Assembly: GCA_016186635.1 (NCBI GenBank)
Contig: JACPLI010000020.1
Span: 3,548 to 67,547 of the forward strand
DNA length: 64,000 nucleotides
From: Candidatus Liptonbacteria bacterium
Lineage (GTDB): Bacteria > Patescibacteriota > Minisyncoccia > UBA6257 > 2-01-FULL-56-20
Reading direction: 5' to 3'
In this document: in pieces, positions 29,284-37,037 of the stretch
How the letters are laid out: the number at the start of each line of letters is the position of its first letter
Numbering within the stretch: position 1 is the stretch's first letter
Program-made: the position numbers and the translations under genes
The notes under the pieces: model-generated
Seen by the model: the letters and a program-made list of their open reading frames with translations, nothing else
Database searches by the model: none
What the model was told of the DNA's origin: nothing

Positions 29284-29916
29284 TCAGCTGTGGAACGACA
29301 GCTTGCAGCTCTTTGAGGCATTGCGCACTCGCGCATGCCAGGAGCTAACAGTAGTATAGCAAATAAACCTGAAATTGTAGAGCTTTTTCGCCCATGCGCC
29401 TGCATAATCCACGCCGATGCGCTTTCCCGCGAGGATATCTTTCTTGTTAATGCATACTCCGCGGTTTTCAAACCACAGTCCAGTTTTCCTTGCAGCGATT
29501 TTCCCGTTGAAAGATTTCCCGACGTGGAGATATTTCGTGAGCCGCGCCGGCCCACGGATGAGTTTAGAGATGAGTTTAGAAGTGATAAGTGGTGAGTGAT
29601 AAGTAACACCGCTTCGAATGAGAACTGCGGCGGGGTATCCCTTGGGACCAGTCACGATGTTCAGCATCCAGTGCATGCCGTAGGTGAAATAGACGTAAAA
29701 ACGCCCTGCCTCGCCGAACATGACCTTCGTCCGGGGCGTGAGTCCGCGGCTCGCGTGCGATGCCTTGTCATGCGGTCCGTCGTACGCCTCTGTCTCGGTA
29801 ATCATCACCGCGATGGTTTTCGTGCCAATCTTGCGCACGAGGAATTTTCCCAGAAGTTCCTGTGCCACCGTGAGCGTCGGGCGATTGAAAAATATTTTCC
29901 CGAGGACTTTTCTCAT
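29284..29916 (-). CDS. mpg: DNA-3-methyladenine glycosylase (Mpg/AAG family)
   Basis: MITETEAYDGPHDKASHASRGLTPRTKVMFGEAGRFYVYFTYGMHWMLNIV. It contains an in-frame tandem insertion (TSKLISKLI). Confidence 0.75.
   Translation of the reverse strand: MRKVLGKIFFNRPTLTVAQELLGKFLVRKIGTKTIAVMITETEAYDGPHDKASHASRGLTPRTKVMFGEAGRFYVYFTYGMHWMLNIVTGPKGYPAAVLIRSGVTYHSPLITSKLISKLIRGPARLTKYLHVGKSFNGKIAARKTGLWFENRGVCINKKDILAGKRIGVDYAGAWAKKLYNFRFICYTTVSSWHARVRNASKSCKLSFHS
29558..29604. repeat. Two consecutive 12-bp tandem duplications inside mpg
   Basis: gatgagtttaga x2 then agtgataagtgg/tgagtgataagt. In frame on the minus strand. Confidence 0.7.
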
Positions 29917-29949
29917 TTATCCCATTTTACCCATTACTGCACTCGCTGT

Positions 29950-29988
29950 TAAGGTTTGACCTTGAGAACGCCTAAGGTCGAACCTTAG
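29950..29988. repeat. Family-C double palindrome copy 2
   Basis: taaggtttgaccttgagaacgcctaaggtcgaacctta. Confidence 0.8.
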
Positions 29989-30018
29989 AAAATAAAAAGC
30001 CCCGCGTCGCGCGGGGGG
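29989..30018 (-). terminator. Rho-independent terminator for the minus-strand 3D-domain gene
   Basis: Minus-strand read ccccccgcgcgacgcggggc followed by tttttatttt. Confidence 0.65.
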
Positions 30019-30052
30019 GTGTCATCGTCATTGTTATGGTCATCGTGTGACC

Positions 30053-30496
30053 CTAGTTCAGCACCGCAATCTCCGCCCGATGCGCGCCGAACCGGAGCGC
30101 ATCCGCCTTCGTCGGCATCCACACGTCCACATTATTAGTCTTGCGGCGGTGCATGCGGTCTTCCACGACGAAAATCTTGTCCCCGAAAAGCGAAGGAATC
30201 TGAACTTTGGTTCCGAAGGGGAGGAAGTTCGCGGCAATGATGCCGTCACGCACGAACGTGCCTTTTGCGGTGATAAACGGCGTGTCGTCCGTTTCCTCCG
30301 GGGTGCTTGAATAGGCAGTCACCCAGACGGTAACTGTAGGCGCCTTCCTTGCGGCGACGCGCGGCGTGCTCTGGAGAAGCGTCGCTTCGAGAGAGGTGCC
30401 CAGTACAATTGGCTCGTCAGCCATCGTGATGCCTGCCGAAGAGGGGTATACCGCAAGCGCGCCCGTTATAAAGATTAAAACCAGGTTTTTTGCCAT
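30053..30496 (-). CDS. Secreted 3D-domain protein (MltA/YabE-type cell-wall-binding domain)
   Basis: Signal/TM MAKNLVLIFITGALAVYPSSA. 3D block VTAYSSTPEETDDTPFITAKGTFVRDGIIAANFLPFGTKVQI...VVEDRMHRR...DVWM. Confidence 0.65.
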   Translation of the reverse strand: MAKNLVLIFITGALAVYPSSAGITMADEPIVLGTSLEATLLQSTPRVAARKAPTVTVWVTAYSSTPEETDDTPFITAKGTFVRDGIIAANFLPFGTKVQIPSLFGDKIFVVEDRMHRRKTNNVDVWMPTKADALRFGAHRAEIAVLN

Positions 30497-30640
30497 GGTT
30501 CCTAATAAAAAGCCCCCTTTCTGGGGGTATTGAATTGTTAGGGGATATGCTAGCAAACTTGACGAATATTGTCAAGTATTGTGGAATTGCATGTGGAAGA
30601 TTTTCTATCGGCTAATTCGTACGAATGGTAGAATAAAAGC

Positions 30641-30901
30641 ATGCGGGAGTTTGAAAAAACTCTTAAGGCGGTCGCGAATCGGCGGCGATTGGCAATCCTT
30701 AAGTATTTGAAGAGTAATGACGCGGCATCAGTGGGAGAGATTGCGCGGGAAATTGGATTATCACTTCGCTCGACATCGAGGCACCTTGCGGTGTTAAGCG
30801 CGTGCGACATTGTGGAACGTGACCAGCGGGGATTACAAGTTTTCTACTGTCTCGCATGCAAATTACACACTACAGTTCGCCAGGTTATCTCTCTTCTTTG
30901 A
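30641..30901 (+). CDS. ArsR-family transcriptional regulator
   Basis: ANRRRLAILKYLKSNDAASVGEIAREIGLSLRSTSRHLAVL. Confidence 0.7.
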   Translation: MREFEKTLKAVANRRRLAILKYLKSNDAASVGEIAREIGLSLRSTSRHLAVLSACDIVERDQRGLQVFYCLACKLHTTVRQVISLL

Positions 30902-30989
30902 CCCTTGTCTTGTTGTTATGGGCTTATTCGTGCGAATTAGCCCATAACATAGCAGGAATTTGGGAGTCAGGAGTCGGGATGGGGTATAG

Positions 30990-31652
30990 ATGAGGTATAA
31001 TAGGAATATGATAAGTGGCAAAGAGCTTTCCGGGATGAGAAAGCGGGCATCGAAAATCATTAGTGTTCTCGGAAAGCTTTTTCCGAACCCAAAAATTGCC
31101 CTGAAGTACGGCAATAACTGGGAATTGCTCGTGGCGGTGCAATTAAGTGCCCAATGCACGGACAAAAAAGTGAATGAGGTAACCCCCGCGCTTTTCAAGA
31201 AATATCGGCGGCTTGAGGATTATGTAAGCGCCAATCCCCGGGAGTTTGAAAAGGATATCCACCAGTGCGGGTTTTTTCGGGCGAAAACGAGGAATATTTT
31301 AGCCGCGGCAAAGGTGGTGCAGGAAAAATTTGGCGGGAAACTGCCGCGCACAATGGAGGAGATGCTCGTGATTCCCGGCATCGGCAGAAAAAGCGCGAAT
31401 GTCATCCTCGGGAACGCCTACGGCGTAGTGGAAGGAATTGCGGTAGACACGCACGTAAAGCGCCTCTCGCGGGTGCTGGGATTAAGTAACGAAAAAACGC
31501 CGGAGAAAGTCGAGAAAGACTTGATGGCGATTATTCCGAAGAAGGATTGGTTCAGGGCGACGTACCTTTTGATTGATTATGGAAGGAAATATTGTTTTGC
31601 AAGGCCGCATCAACACCACCTTTGCCCGTTATCGAAAATTTTGGAGCGGTAA
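30990..31652 (+). CDS. nth: Endonuclease III
   Basis: LLVAVQLSAQCTDKKVN, IPGIGRKSANVILGNAYG, VDTHVKRLSRVLGL. The C-terminal Fe-S Cys motif is incomplete (CFARPHQHHLCPL). The start could also be M at 31008 or 31035. Confidence 0.8.
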   Translation: MRYNRNMISGKELSGMRKRASKIISVLGKLFPNPKIALKYGNNWELLVAVQLSAQCTDKKVNEVTPALFKKYRRLEDYVSANPREFEKDIHQCGFFRAKTRNILAAAKVVQEKFGGKLPRTMEEMLVIPGIGRKSANVILGNAYGVVEGIAVDTHVKRLSRVLGLSNEKTPEKVEKDLMAIIPKKDWFRATYLLIDYGRKYCFARPHQHHLCPLSKILER

Positions 31653-31690
31653 AGGTTTGACCTTGGTTCTGCAAAAAGGTCGAACCTTGG
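31651..31690. repeat. Family-C double palindrome copy 3, immediately at the nth stop
   Basis: aaaggtttgaccttggttctgcaaaaaggtcgaaccttgg. The spacer tctgcaaaaagg is shared with copy 6 at the uvrA stop. Confidence 0.8.
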
Positions 31691-31732
31691 CGGTGTTGAT
31701 AATGCGTCCCATAGTCCCGCGAGCGTCGGGGC

Positions 31733-31800
31733 TTTGCAGGGCTTCGCAAGGCCGTATGAGCATGATATTTGCCCGTTGTCGAAGATTGGGGTCGGGTAGC
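31733..31800 (+). repeat. Degenerate direct duplication (~70% over ~50 nt) of the nth 3' end
   Basis: gcaaggccgTatGAGCaTGaTATttgcccgttGtcgaaGattGGgg versus the gene-end gcaaggccgCatCAACaCCaCCTttgcccgttAtcgaaAattTTgg. Confidence 0.55.
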
Positions 31801-31804
31801 TTCT

Positions 31805-31838
31805 CTATTTTCTTATTCGCGCGAATAAGAAAATAGGA
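31805..31838. repeat. Perfect 34-bp palindrome upstream of the islet operon
   Basis: ctattttcttattcgcg|cgcgaataagaaaatag. It lies 50 bp upstream of the protease ATG. Candidate operator or bidirectional hairpin. Confidence 0.7.
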
Positions 31839-31888
31839 TATATGCAGTTTGAAAATTGTGAATATTGGAGTAGTATTGTCATATTGAG

Positions 31889-32914
31889 ATGGATAAGAAA
31901 CAGCTCATACAGCAGATACAAGGACTACGGAATTCGCGGGTAATTACCTATGTCACAAGCGACCGGACGGGGCCGGTAAACGCCCGAATTGCGATGGATG
32001 TGATTCCTGTGGTGAGCAAACAACTCCGCGCAATCGGAAAAACCCAGAATATCGACCTGTTTCTCTACAGCGCCGGAGGCGACACAATGGTGCCGTGGAG
32101 AATTGTGTCCATGATTCGGGAGTATTGTGAGAAGTTTTCGGTGCTTGTGCCGTACAAGGCGCACAGCGCGGCGACGATGATTGCGCTCGGCGCGGATGAG
32201 ATTGCGATGAGCGACCTCTCGGAAATCTCACCGATTGACCCCTCAACGGCGAATGTTTTCAACCCGCAAGACCCCCAGAATCCGCAGAATAAAATCCCGA
32301 TTTCCGTGGAGGACGTGATGGCATATTTCGATTTGGCAAAAAATAAGTTCGGTATTAAGAATGACGCGGAACTTTCCAGTATCTTCTCAAAGTTTGTGGA
32401 GTCGAATCCGCAGATTCATCCTTTGGCGCTCGGGAACGTGAATCGTATCCACAACCTCATCCGTATTCTCGCGAAGCGGTTGCTGAAGAGCCATAAAACG
32501 CCAATGAAGGATGATGAGGTGGAAAAGATTGTTGACTACTTCACCGAAAAACTTTACTCGCACCAGTATTTCATCGGGCGGAAGGAAGCGAAAGAGGATT
32601 TGGGTTTGAAGTCGGTTGCGTATGCGGATAACTCCCTCGCGAAAGCGATGACGGAGTTGTTTGAGGAATACAGGAAAGATATGGACCTTGAGACGCTCTG
32701 GAACCCGGAAAACGAGCTGGGTGTGAATGCGATGCAGAATAGGAAGCAGTATAAGATTGCGTTTATTGAAAGCGCGCAAGAATCAAGGCATTTTGAACTC
32801 TCGATTGAGTATCGCAAACAGCAAGTGAATATGGTTCAGCAAACCCCGCAGGGACCGATTCAAGTCCCGCAAGAACAGGTCGGATGGAGAATTATGGAGC
32901 AGGGGTGGAGATAA
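31889..32914 (+). CDS. SDH-family / S49 (SppA-ClpP fold) serine protease
   Basis: LFLYSAGGDTMVPWRIVSMI...VPYKAHSAATMIALGADEIAMSDLSEISPIDP matches the Clp-fold Ser protease pattern. Confidence 0.65.
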   Translation: MDKKQLIQQIQGLRNSRVITYVTSDRTGPVNARIAMDVIPVVSKQLRAIGKTQNIDLFLYSAGGDTMVPWRIVSMIREYCEKFSVLVPYKAHSAATMIALGADEIAMSDLSEISPIDPSTANVFNPQDPQNPQNKIPISVEDVMAYFDLAKNKFGIKNDAELSSIFSKFVESNPQIHPLALGNVNRIHNLIRILAKRLLKSHKTPMKDDEVEKIVDYFTEKLYSHQYFIGRKEAKEDLGLKSVAYADNSLAKAMTELFEEYRKDMDLETLWNPENELGVNAMQNRKQYKIAFIESAQESRHFELSIEYRKQQVNMVQQTPQGPIQVPQEQVGWRIMEQGWR

Positions 32915-32941
32915 ATCTTTGTTTCTGTTATCATACCTTCT

Positions 32942-33550
32942 ATGAAGATTGAAGCAGTGAAAAACGTAAATATTACGGCACTTTTTGCGTCTCCTCTTAA
33001 CCACCTCCTTATTAGTCAGAGTGGTCTTTTGGATTTGCTAAAAACCGGCGACGAAATAAAAGATAAGAGAACCTTTGTTGAGGCCCCTGGTTTGAAGGTC
33101 TTGATATTTCCGAATAGGAAAAAAGATTTTGTGTTTGAGGGAACAAGAATCCTCGTTAGCGACAAGAGCGAAGTTTTACCAAAAGAATCTGATGTGGTAG
33201 ATGATTTTGAAAAGATAGTTAACAGCGACATGGTTGAAAAAAACAAGATTGCGGCTTACGGATTTAATTATGATGCTGTAGTAAATCCCGAGAACGGTTT
33301 TAAAATCGGTGACATTGTTGGCAGTAAGATCGCTGGCATCCAAGATATAAAGAGTGCAGGAGTCAGCATTTTATTTGAAAAGGGTGGAACAACTTATACA
33401 TTAGAGATTAAACCGATAGGAGTGGAACAGAAATTTGTTGCACACTTTAATGCTCATTTTAGTACTAACAGTTTACCAAGTGATGAGGAGTTAAAGGGAA
33501 AAATCGATAAGGAGTTTTTAGAATTTAGAAATATTGTTGGAAAAATATGA
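32942..33550 (+). CDS. Hypothetical protein (202 aa), islet gene 2
   Basis: AT-rich codon usage unlike the flanking genes and no recognisable motif. It sits 27 bp after the protease gene. Confidence 0.5.
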   Translation: MKIEAVKNVNITALFASPLNHLLISQSGLLDLLKTGDEIKDKRTFVEAPGLKVLIFPNRKKDFVFEGTRILVSDKSEVLPKESDVVDDFEKIVNSDMVEKNKIAAYGFNYDAVVNPENGFKIGDIVGSKIAGIQDIKSAGVSILFEKGGTTYTLEIKPIGVEQKFVAHFNAHFSTNSLPSDEELKGKIDKEFLEFRNIVGKI

Positions 33551-33810
33551 ATGAAGTGTTGACGCTCGACAATCTTACTGGAGTGTTTCAGCCAGGCGCA
33601 ATTTCACTCTCTCCGCAGCCTTTAGTGGAAGAGAAAATAATTGAGGATAAGTTTTTGTTATTGAAAAAGGATATAGGGGAGGATTTATTTAATAAACTCA
33701 CCTACGGCCAACAGGCTTTTATTGTGAACGTGTCTAATACGATTGACCTAGGCGAGACTGTTGATATTGATGCAATATATAGCGGAATTGAGAAATTAGA
33801 GTATGAGTGA
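33547..33810 (+). CDS. Hypothetical small acidic protein (87 aa), islet gene 3 (antitoxin-like position)
   Basis: Overlaps the upstream gene by 4 nt (ATGA) and the PIN gene by 8 nt. Confidence 0.45.
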   Translation: MNEVLTLDNLTGVFQPGAISLSPQPLVEEKIIEDKFLLLKKDIGEDLFNKLTYGQQAFIVNVSNTIDLGETVDIDAIYSGIEKLEYE

Positions 33811-34336
33811 GGTGAGGGTACGAGAGGGCAGAGCGAAGGCATTTCTAGATACGGCTTTTTTAGCCTCTTTTTCCATACCAAATCACAAGGACAATAAAAA
33901 GGCGAGAATATTATTGGCAGAACTTACACTAAAGTATGACTTATACACAGCACCCCTTTGTTTTTATGAGTTGTGGCAAGTAGTAAAAGAGTACAAAGAT
34001 TTTTATAAAGGAAATTACCAATTTATAAGGAAGCTAAATAAGGTACTAAAGCTTATTCATTGTAAAATATTATTTAACGAGATCAATCTTTCTTATAAGG
34101 CGGTAATTAATGATTTAAAGTCTTTCACGAAGCAAATTCTTGGATCGATGTTTATTACTGTTATTCCCTCAGATAGGCAGAGTATTAACTCAGCATTGGA
34201 TGCGATAGACGAGTTTCTGGCGAAACCAGGCGACGCTTTTCACTTTTCCTCAATGGATAGTGCTGGGATTGAAACGGTGGTTACTGGGAATAGAAAAGAT
34301 TTTGAAAGGATGGGATTACATGTAATTTGGTTTTAG
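33803..34336 (+). CDS. PIN-domain nuclease (VapC-like), islet gene 4
   Basis: Acidic quartet in PIN spacing: D16 (AFLDTAFL), E56 (FYELW), D in GDAFHFS, and D in TGNRKDF. Confidence 0.6.
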   Translation: MSEVRVREGRAKAFLDTAFLASFSIPNHKDNKKARILLAELTLKYDLYTAPLCFYELWQVVKEYKDFYKGNYQFIRKLNKVLKLIHCKILFNEINLSYKAVINDLKSFTKQILGSMFITVIPSDRQSINSALDAIDEFLAKPGDAFHFSSMDSAGIETVVTGNRKDFERMGLHVIWF

Positions 34337-34447
34337 ATAAGCTTGATGTATTTCCTCATTCGCCCATTTGCACGAATGGGCGAATGAGGGTGTGACGAGA
34401 GAAGTATATTTGTATTACTTGAGTGATATGTTTACATTTGACATGCA

Positions 34448-36559
34448 ATGCAAAAATTTGAACTCGCAAAAGAGTTGAAGCCAGCAGGTGATCAACCAAG
34501 CGCTATCGAGAAGCTTGTGGCGGGATTGAAGAGGGGATACCAGCATCAGACGCTTTTGGGAGTTACGGGGAGCGGAAAGACGTTTACTGTCGCGAACGTG
34601 ATTGCAAAGATACAGAAGCCGACGCTGGTGATCGCGCACAACAAGACGCTCGCGGCCCAGCTTACGAATGAATTCAGGGAGCTTTTCCCGAAGAACTCGG
34701 TAAATTATTTCGTGTCGTACTACGACTACTACCAGCCGGAGGCGTATATTCCATCGTCCGACACCTACATAGACAAAGAAGCGCTTATCAACGACGAGAT
34801 TGATAAACTGCGCCATGCGGCGACGACGGCGCTCCTCACGCGGCGGGACGTAATTGTGGTTGCATCCGTCTCATGTATCTACGGCTTGGGCGCGCCGGAG
34901 ACGTACGCGGAGAACATTTTCCGGTTCAAGGTTGGAGACAGGGTTGAGCGGAAGAATTTTGCGCGAAAGCTTGTTGAATTGCAATTCACGCGCACGAACA
35001 TAAATTTGAAGCGCGGTACGTTCCGCCTTCGTGGAGAGAATTGGGAAATAATGCCGCCGGACAGGGAAGTGATTTACATGCTCGAAGTGCGAAGTTCAAC
35101 TATCGCGGCGATATATGCAACAGACCCTGTAGTTGGGTTTCAGCCCGGCAAGACACCGCCAGTCGAGGAAGTCATCATTCCTCCGGCAAAACATTTCATT
35201 ACCGAAGCGGACGCGCGCGAGCGGGCAATCGGCTTGATTCAGGAGGAGCTCAGGGTGCAACTCAAGTATTTTGAGGAAAATAAGAAATTTCTCGAAGCCG
35301 AACGGCTCGAGCGCCGTACAAAGTTCGACATTGCGATGATACGGGAGATCGGCTACTGCCACGGCATCGAGAACTATTCGCGGCACCTTTCGGGCCGCGC
35401 GGCAGGTACTCCTCCTGAAACTCTTCTCGACTATTTTATGCAGGGTTCGAAATCGCATTCGGATGCAAAGGTTCGACCTTTAGGGGGTTCTCAAGGTCGA
35501 ACCTTGGAAGAACCCGATTTCCTGACCATAATTGACGAATCCCACATCACCGTGCCGCAGATTCAGGGGATGTATCATGGCGACGCGTCGCGGAAGAAAA
35601 CGCTCGTCGAATACGGGTTCCGTCTTCCCTCCGCCGCGGACAACCGGCCATTGAAATTTGCGGAGTTTGAAAAGCGCATAGGGCAGACGATATATACATC
35701 CGCCACGCCGGGACCGTATGAGTTGAAGAAGAGCGGGGTAAAAGCTCGACCTTTAAGGGATTCTCAAGGTCGAGCCTTGGGAGAAACCGGAGGTCAAGTT
35801 GTGGAGCAAATTATCCGCCCTACTGGCCTCGTAGACCCCAAAATCACCATCCGGCCCGCGCGCGGGCAGGTGGACGACCTGATTCCTCGGATCGAGGAGC
35901 GCGTTGCCGCAAAGGAGCGGGTGCTCGTGACGACGCTCACCAAGAAAATGGCGGAGGATTTATCCGCATATCTCGAAGGAAAGAAAATGAAAGTGGCGTA
36001 TCTCCACAGCGACGTGAAAACGCTTGACCGTATCCGCATTCTTACGAACTTGCGGAAGGGTTCGGAGGCGAAGGGCGGATTCGACGTGCTCGTGGGAGTG
36101 AATCTCCTGCGCGAAGGGCTCGACTTGCCCGAAGTGTCGCTCGTCGCGATTCTTGATGCGGACAAGGAGGGCTTTCTCCGGAGCGAGACCTCGCTCATCC
36201 AGACCATCGGGCGCGCGGCGCGAAACGTGCGCGGAGAGGTTTTGATGTATGCCGACCACATCACGGGTTCGATTAAGCGCGCGGCGGGGGAGACCGAGCG
36301 GCGCCGAAAACTTCAACTTGCCTACAATAAAGAACATGGCATTACGCCGAAGACGGTGATGAAGAAAATCACGAGTATCTTGCCGGAAGAGGTGTTGAAG
36401 CTCGAAATGAAGCCGATTCCGAAATCCAAATCCGCAATAGAGAAGCTTATCCGCGAGAAGGAGCGGGAGATGCGCGAAGCGGCGAAAGAGCTGAACTTTG
36501 AATTAGCGGCGATTTTACGAGATGAGATAAAGGTTCTTAAGAGGAGTAATCGCGAATAG
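34448..36559 (+). CDS. uvrB: Excinuclease ABC subunit B
   Basis: GVTGSGKTF, DESHVT-like IDESHITVPQ, QTIYTSATPG, VVEQIIRPTGLVDP, and a C-terminal UVR motif. Two in-frame family-C insertions. The stop codon lies inside a family-A repeat (KRSNRE*). Confidence 0.95.
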   Translation: MQKFELAKELKPAGDQPSAIEKLVAGLKRGYQHQTLLGVTGSGKTFTVANVIAKIQKPTLVIAHNKTLAAQLTNEFRELFPKNSVNYFVSYYDYYQPEAYIPSSDTYIDKEALINDEIDKLRHAATTALLTRRDVIVVASVSCIYGLGAPETYAENIFRFKVGDRVERKNFARKLVELQFTRTNINLKRGTFRLRGENWEIMPPDREVIYMLEVRSSTIAAIYATDPVVGFQPGKTPPVEEVIIPPAKHFITEADARERAIGLIQEELRVQLKYFEENKKFLEAERLERRTKFDIAMIREIGYCHGIENYSRHLSGRAAGTPPETLLDYFMQGSKSHSDAKVRPLGGSQGRTLEEPDFLTIIDESHITVPQIQGMYHGDASRKKTLVEYGFRLPSAADNRPLKFAEFEKRIGQTIYTSATPGPYELKKSGVKARPLRDSQGRALGETGGQVVEQIIRPTGLVDPKITIRPARGQVDDLIPRIEERVAAKERVLVTTLTKKMAEDLSAYLEGKKMKVAYLHSDVKTLDRIRILTNLRKGSEAKGGFDVLVGVNLLREGLDLPEVSLVAILDADKEGFLRSETSLIQTIGRAARNVRGEVLMYADHITGSIKRAAGETERRRKLQLAYNKEHGITPKTVMKKITSILPEEVLKLEMKPIPKSKSAIEKLIREKEREMREAAKELNFELAAILRDEIKVLKRSNRE
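35467..35507. repeat. Family-C double palindrome copy 4, in-frame inside uvrB
   Basis: aaaggttcgacctttagggggttctcaaggtcgaaccttgg encodes KVRPLGGSQGRTLE, which is extra relative to canonical UvrB between LxDY and IDESH. Confidence 0.85.
35740..35779. repeat. Family-C double palindrome copy 5, in-frame inside uvrB
   Basis: aaagctcgacctttaagggattctcaaggtcgagccttgg encodes KARPLRDSQGRALG, inserted between YELKKSG and GQVVEQIIRPTGL. Confidence 0.85.
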
Positions 36560-36590
36560 CGCGAATTTGGATTTAATAACGCGAATAAAT
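36541..36590. repeat. Family-A repeat (half-element) copy 4 at the uvrB stop
   Basis: gaggagtaatcgcgaatagcgcgaatttggatttaataacgcgaataaa. Confidence 0.75.
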
Positions 36591-36995
36591 CTCTTGCCCA
36601 TTTTATCCACAGGAAAGGGTTAGTTGTCCACCGATTCTCCACATTTTTTACTTGACTTTTTGAAACGAGGCGGGAAAATTATTACGGTTCCTAGGATCGC
36701 GCACAACTTCCGTTCAAAGTAATTTTTCACCACAAGAACCCGAAGCATGACGCGCCTGTGGGTACGTCATTGAGGGTCAAAACTTGTGAAACCGGCGGAG
36801 GAGTTTGAGCGCGAGACGAAGAACCAAGATAGAGTTTCCTGCACAGCCGCAGGAAACTCTCCGTATAACCAAACTTTTATCTACCACCGCCCCCGCAGGC
36901 GGTTTTAATTTTTTCCGGTGTTCTGCTACACTTTCTCTTGCTACCCCCTATGCATCACATGAAGGGGGCGATTTGCATGTTGCGGAATCAATTTC

Positions 36996-37011
36996 GGGAA
37001 GTCGGACTTCC
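36996..37011. repeat. Family-B palindrome copy 3 upstream of uvrA
   Basis: gggaagtcggacttcc. Confidence 0.7.
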
Positions 37012-37037
37012 AAACATTGGGAGCTAATCCAAAAACT

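Noticed and set aside
31573-31836. Track ORF of 87 aa spanning the nth end, the C-palindrome and the duplicated segment.
   Set aside because: It is composed of repeat-derived sequence in a different frame from nth. Artefact of the duplication.
34380-34447. TTGACA hexamer right before the uvrB ATG as a promoter.
   Set aside because: The hexamer overlaps the start codon region (34438-34443 versus ATG at 34448). It cannot serve as a -35 for this gene, and no convincing -10 lies upstream.
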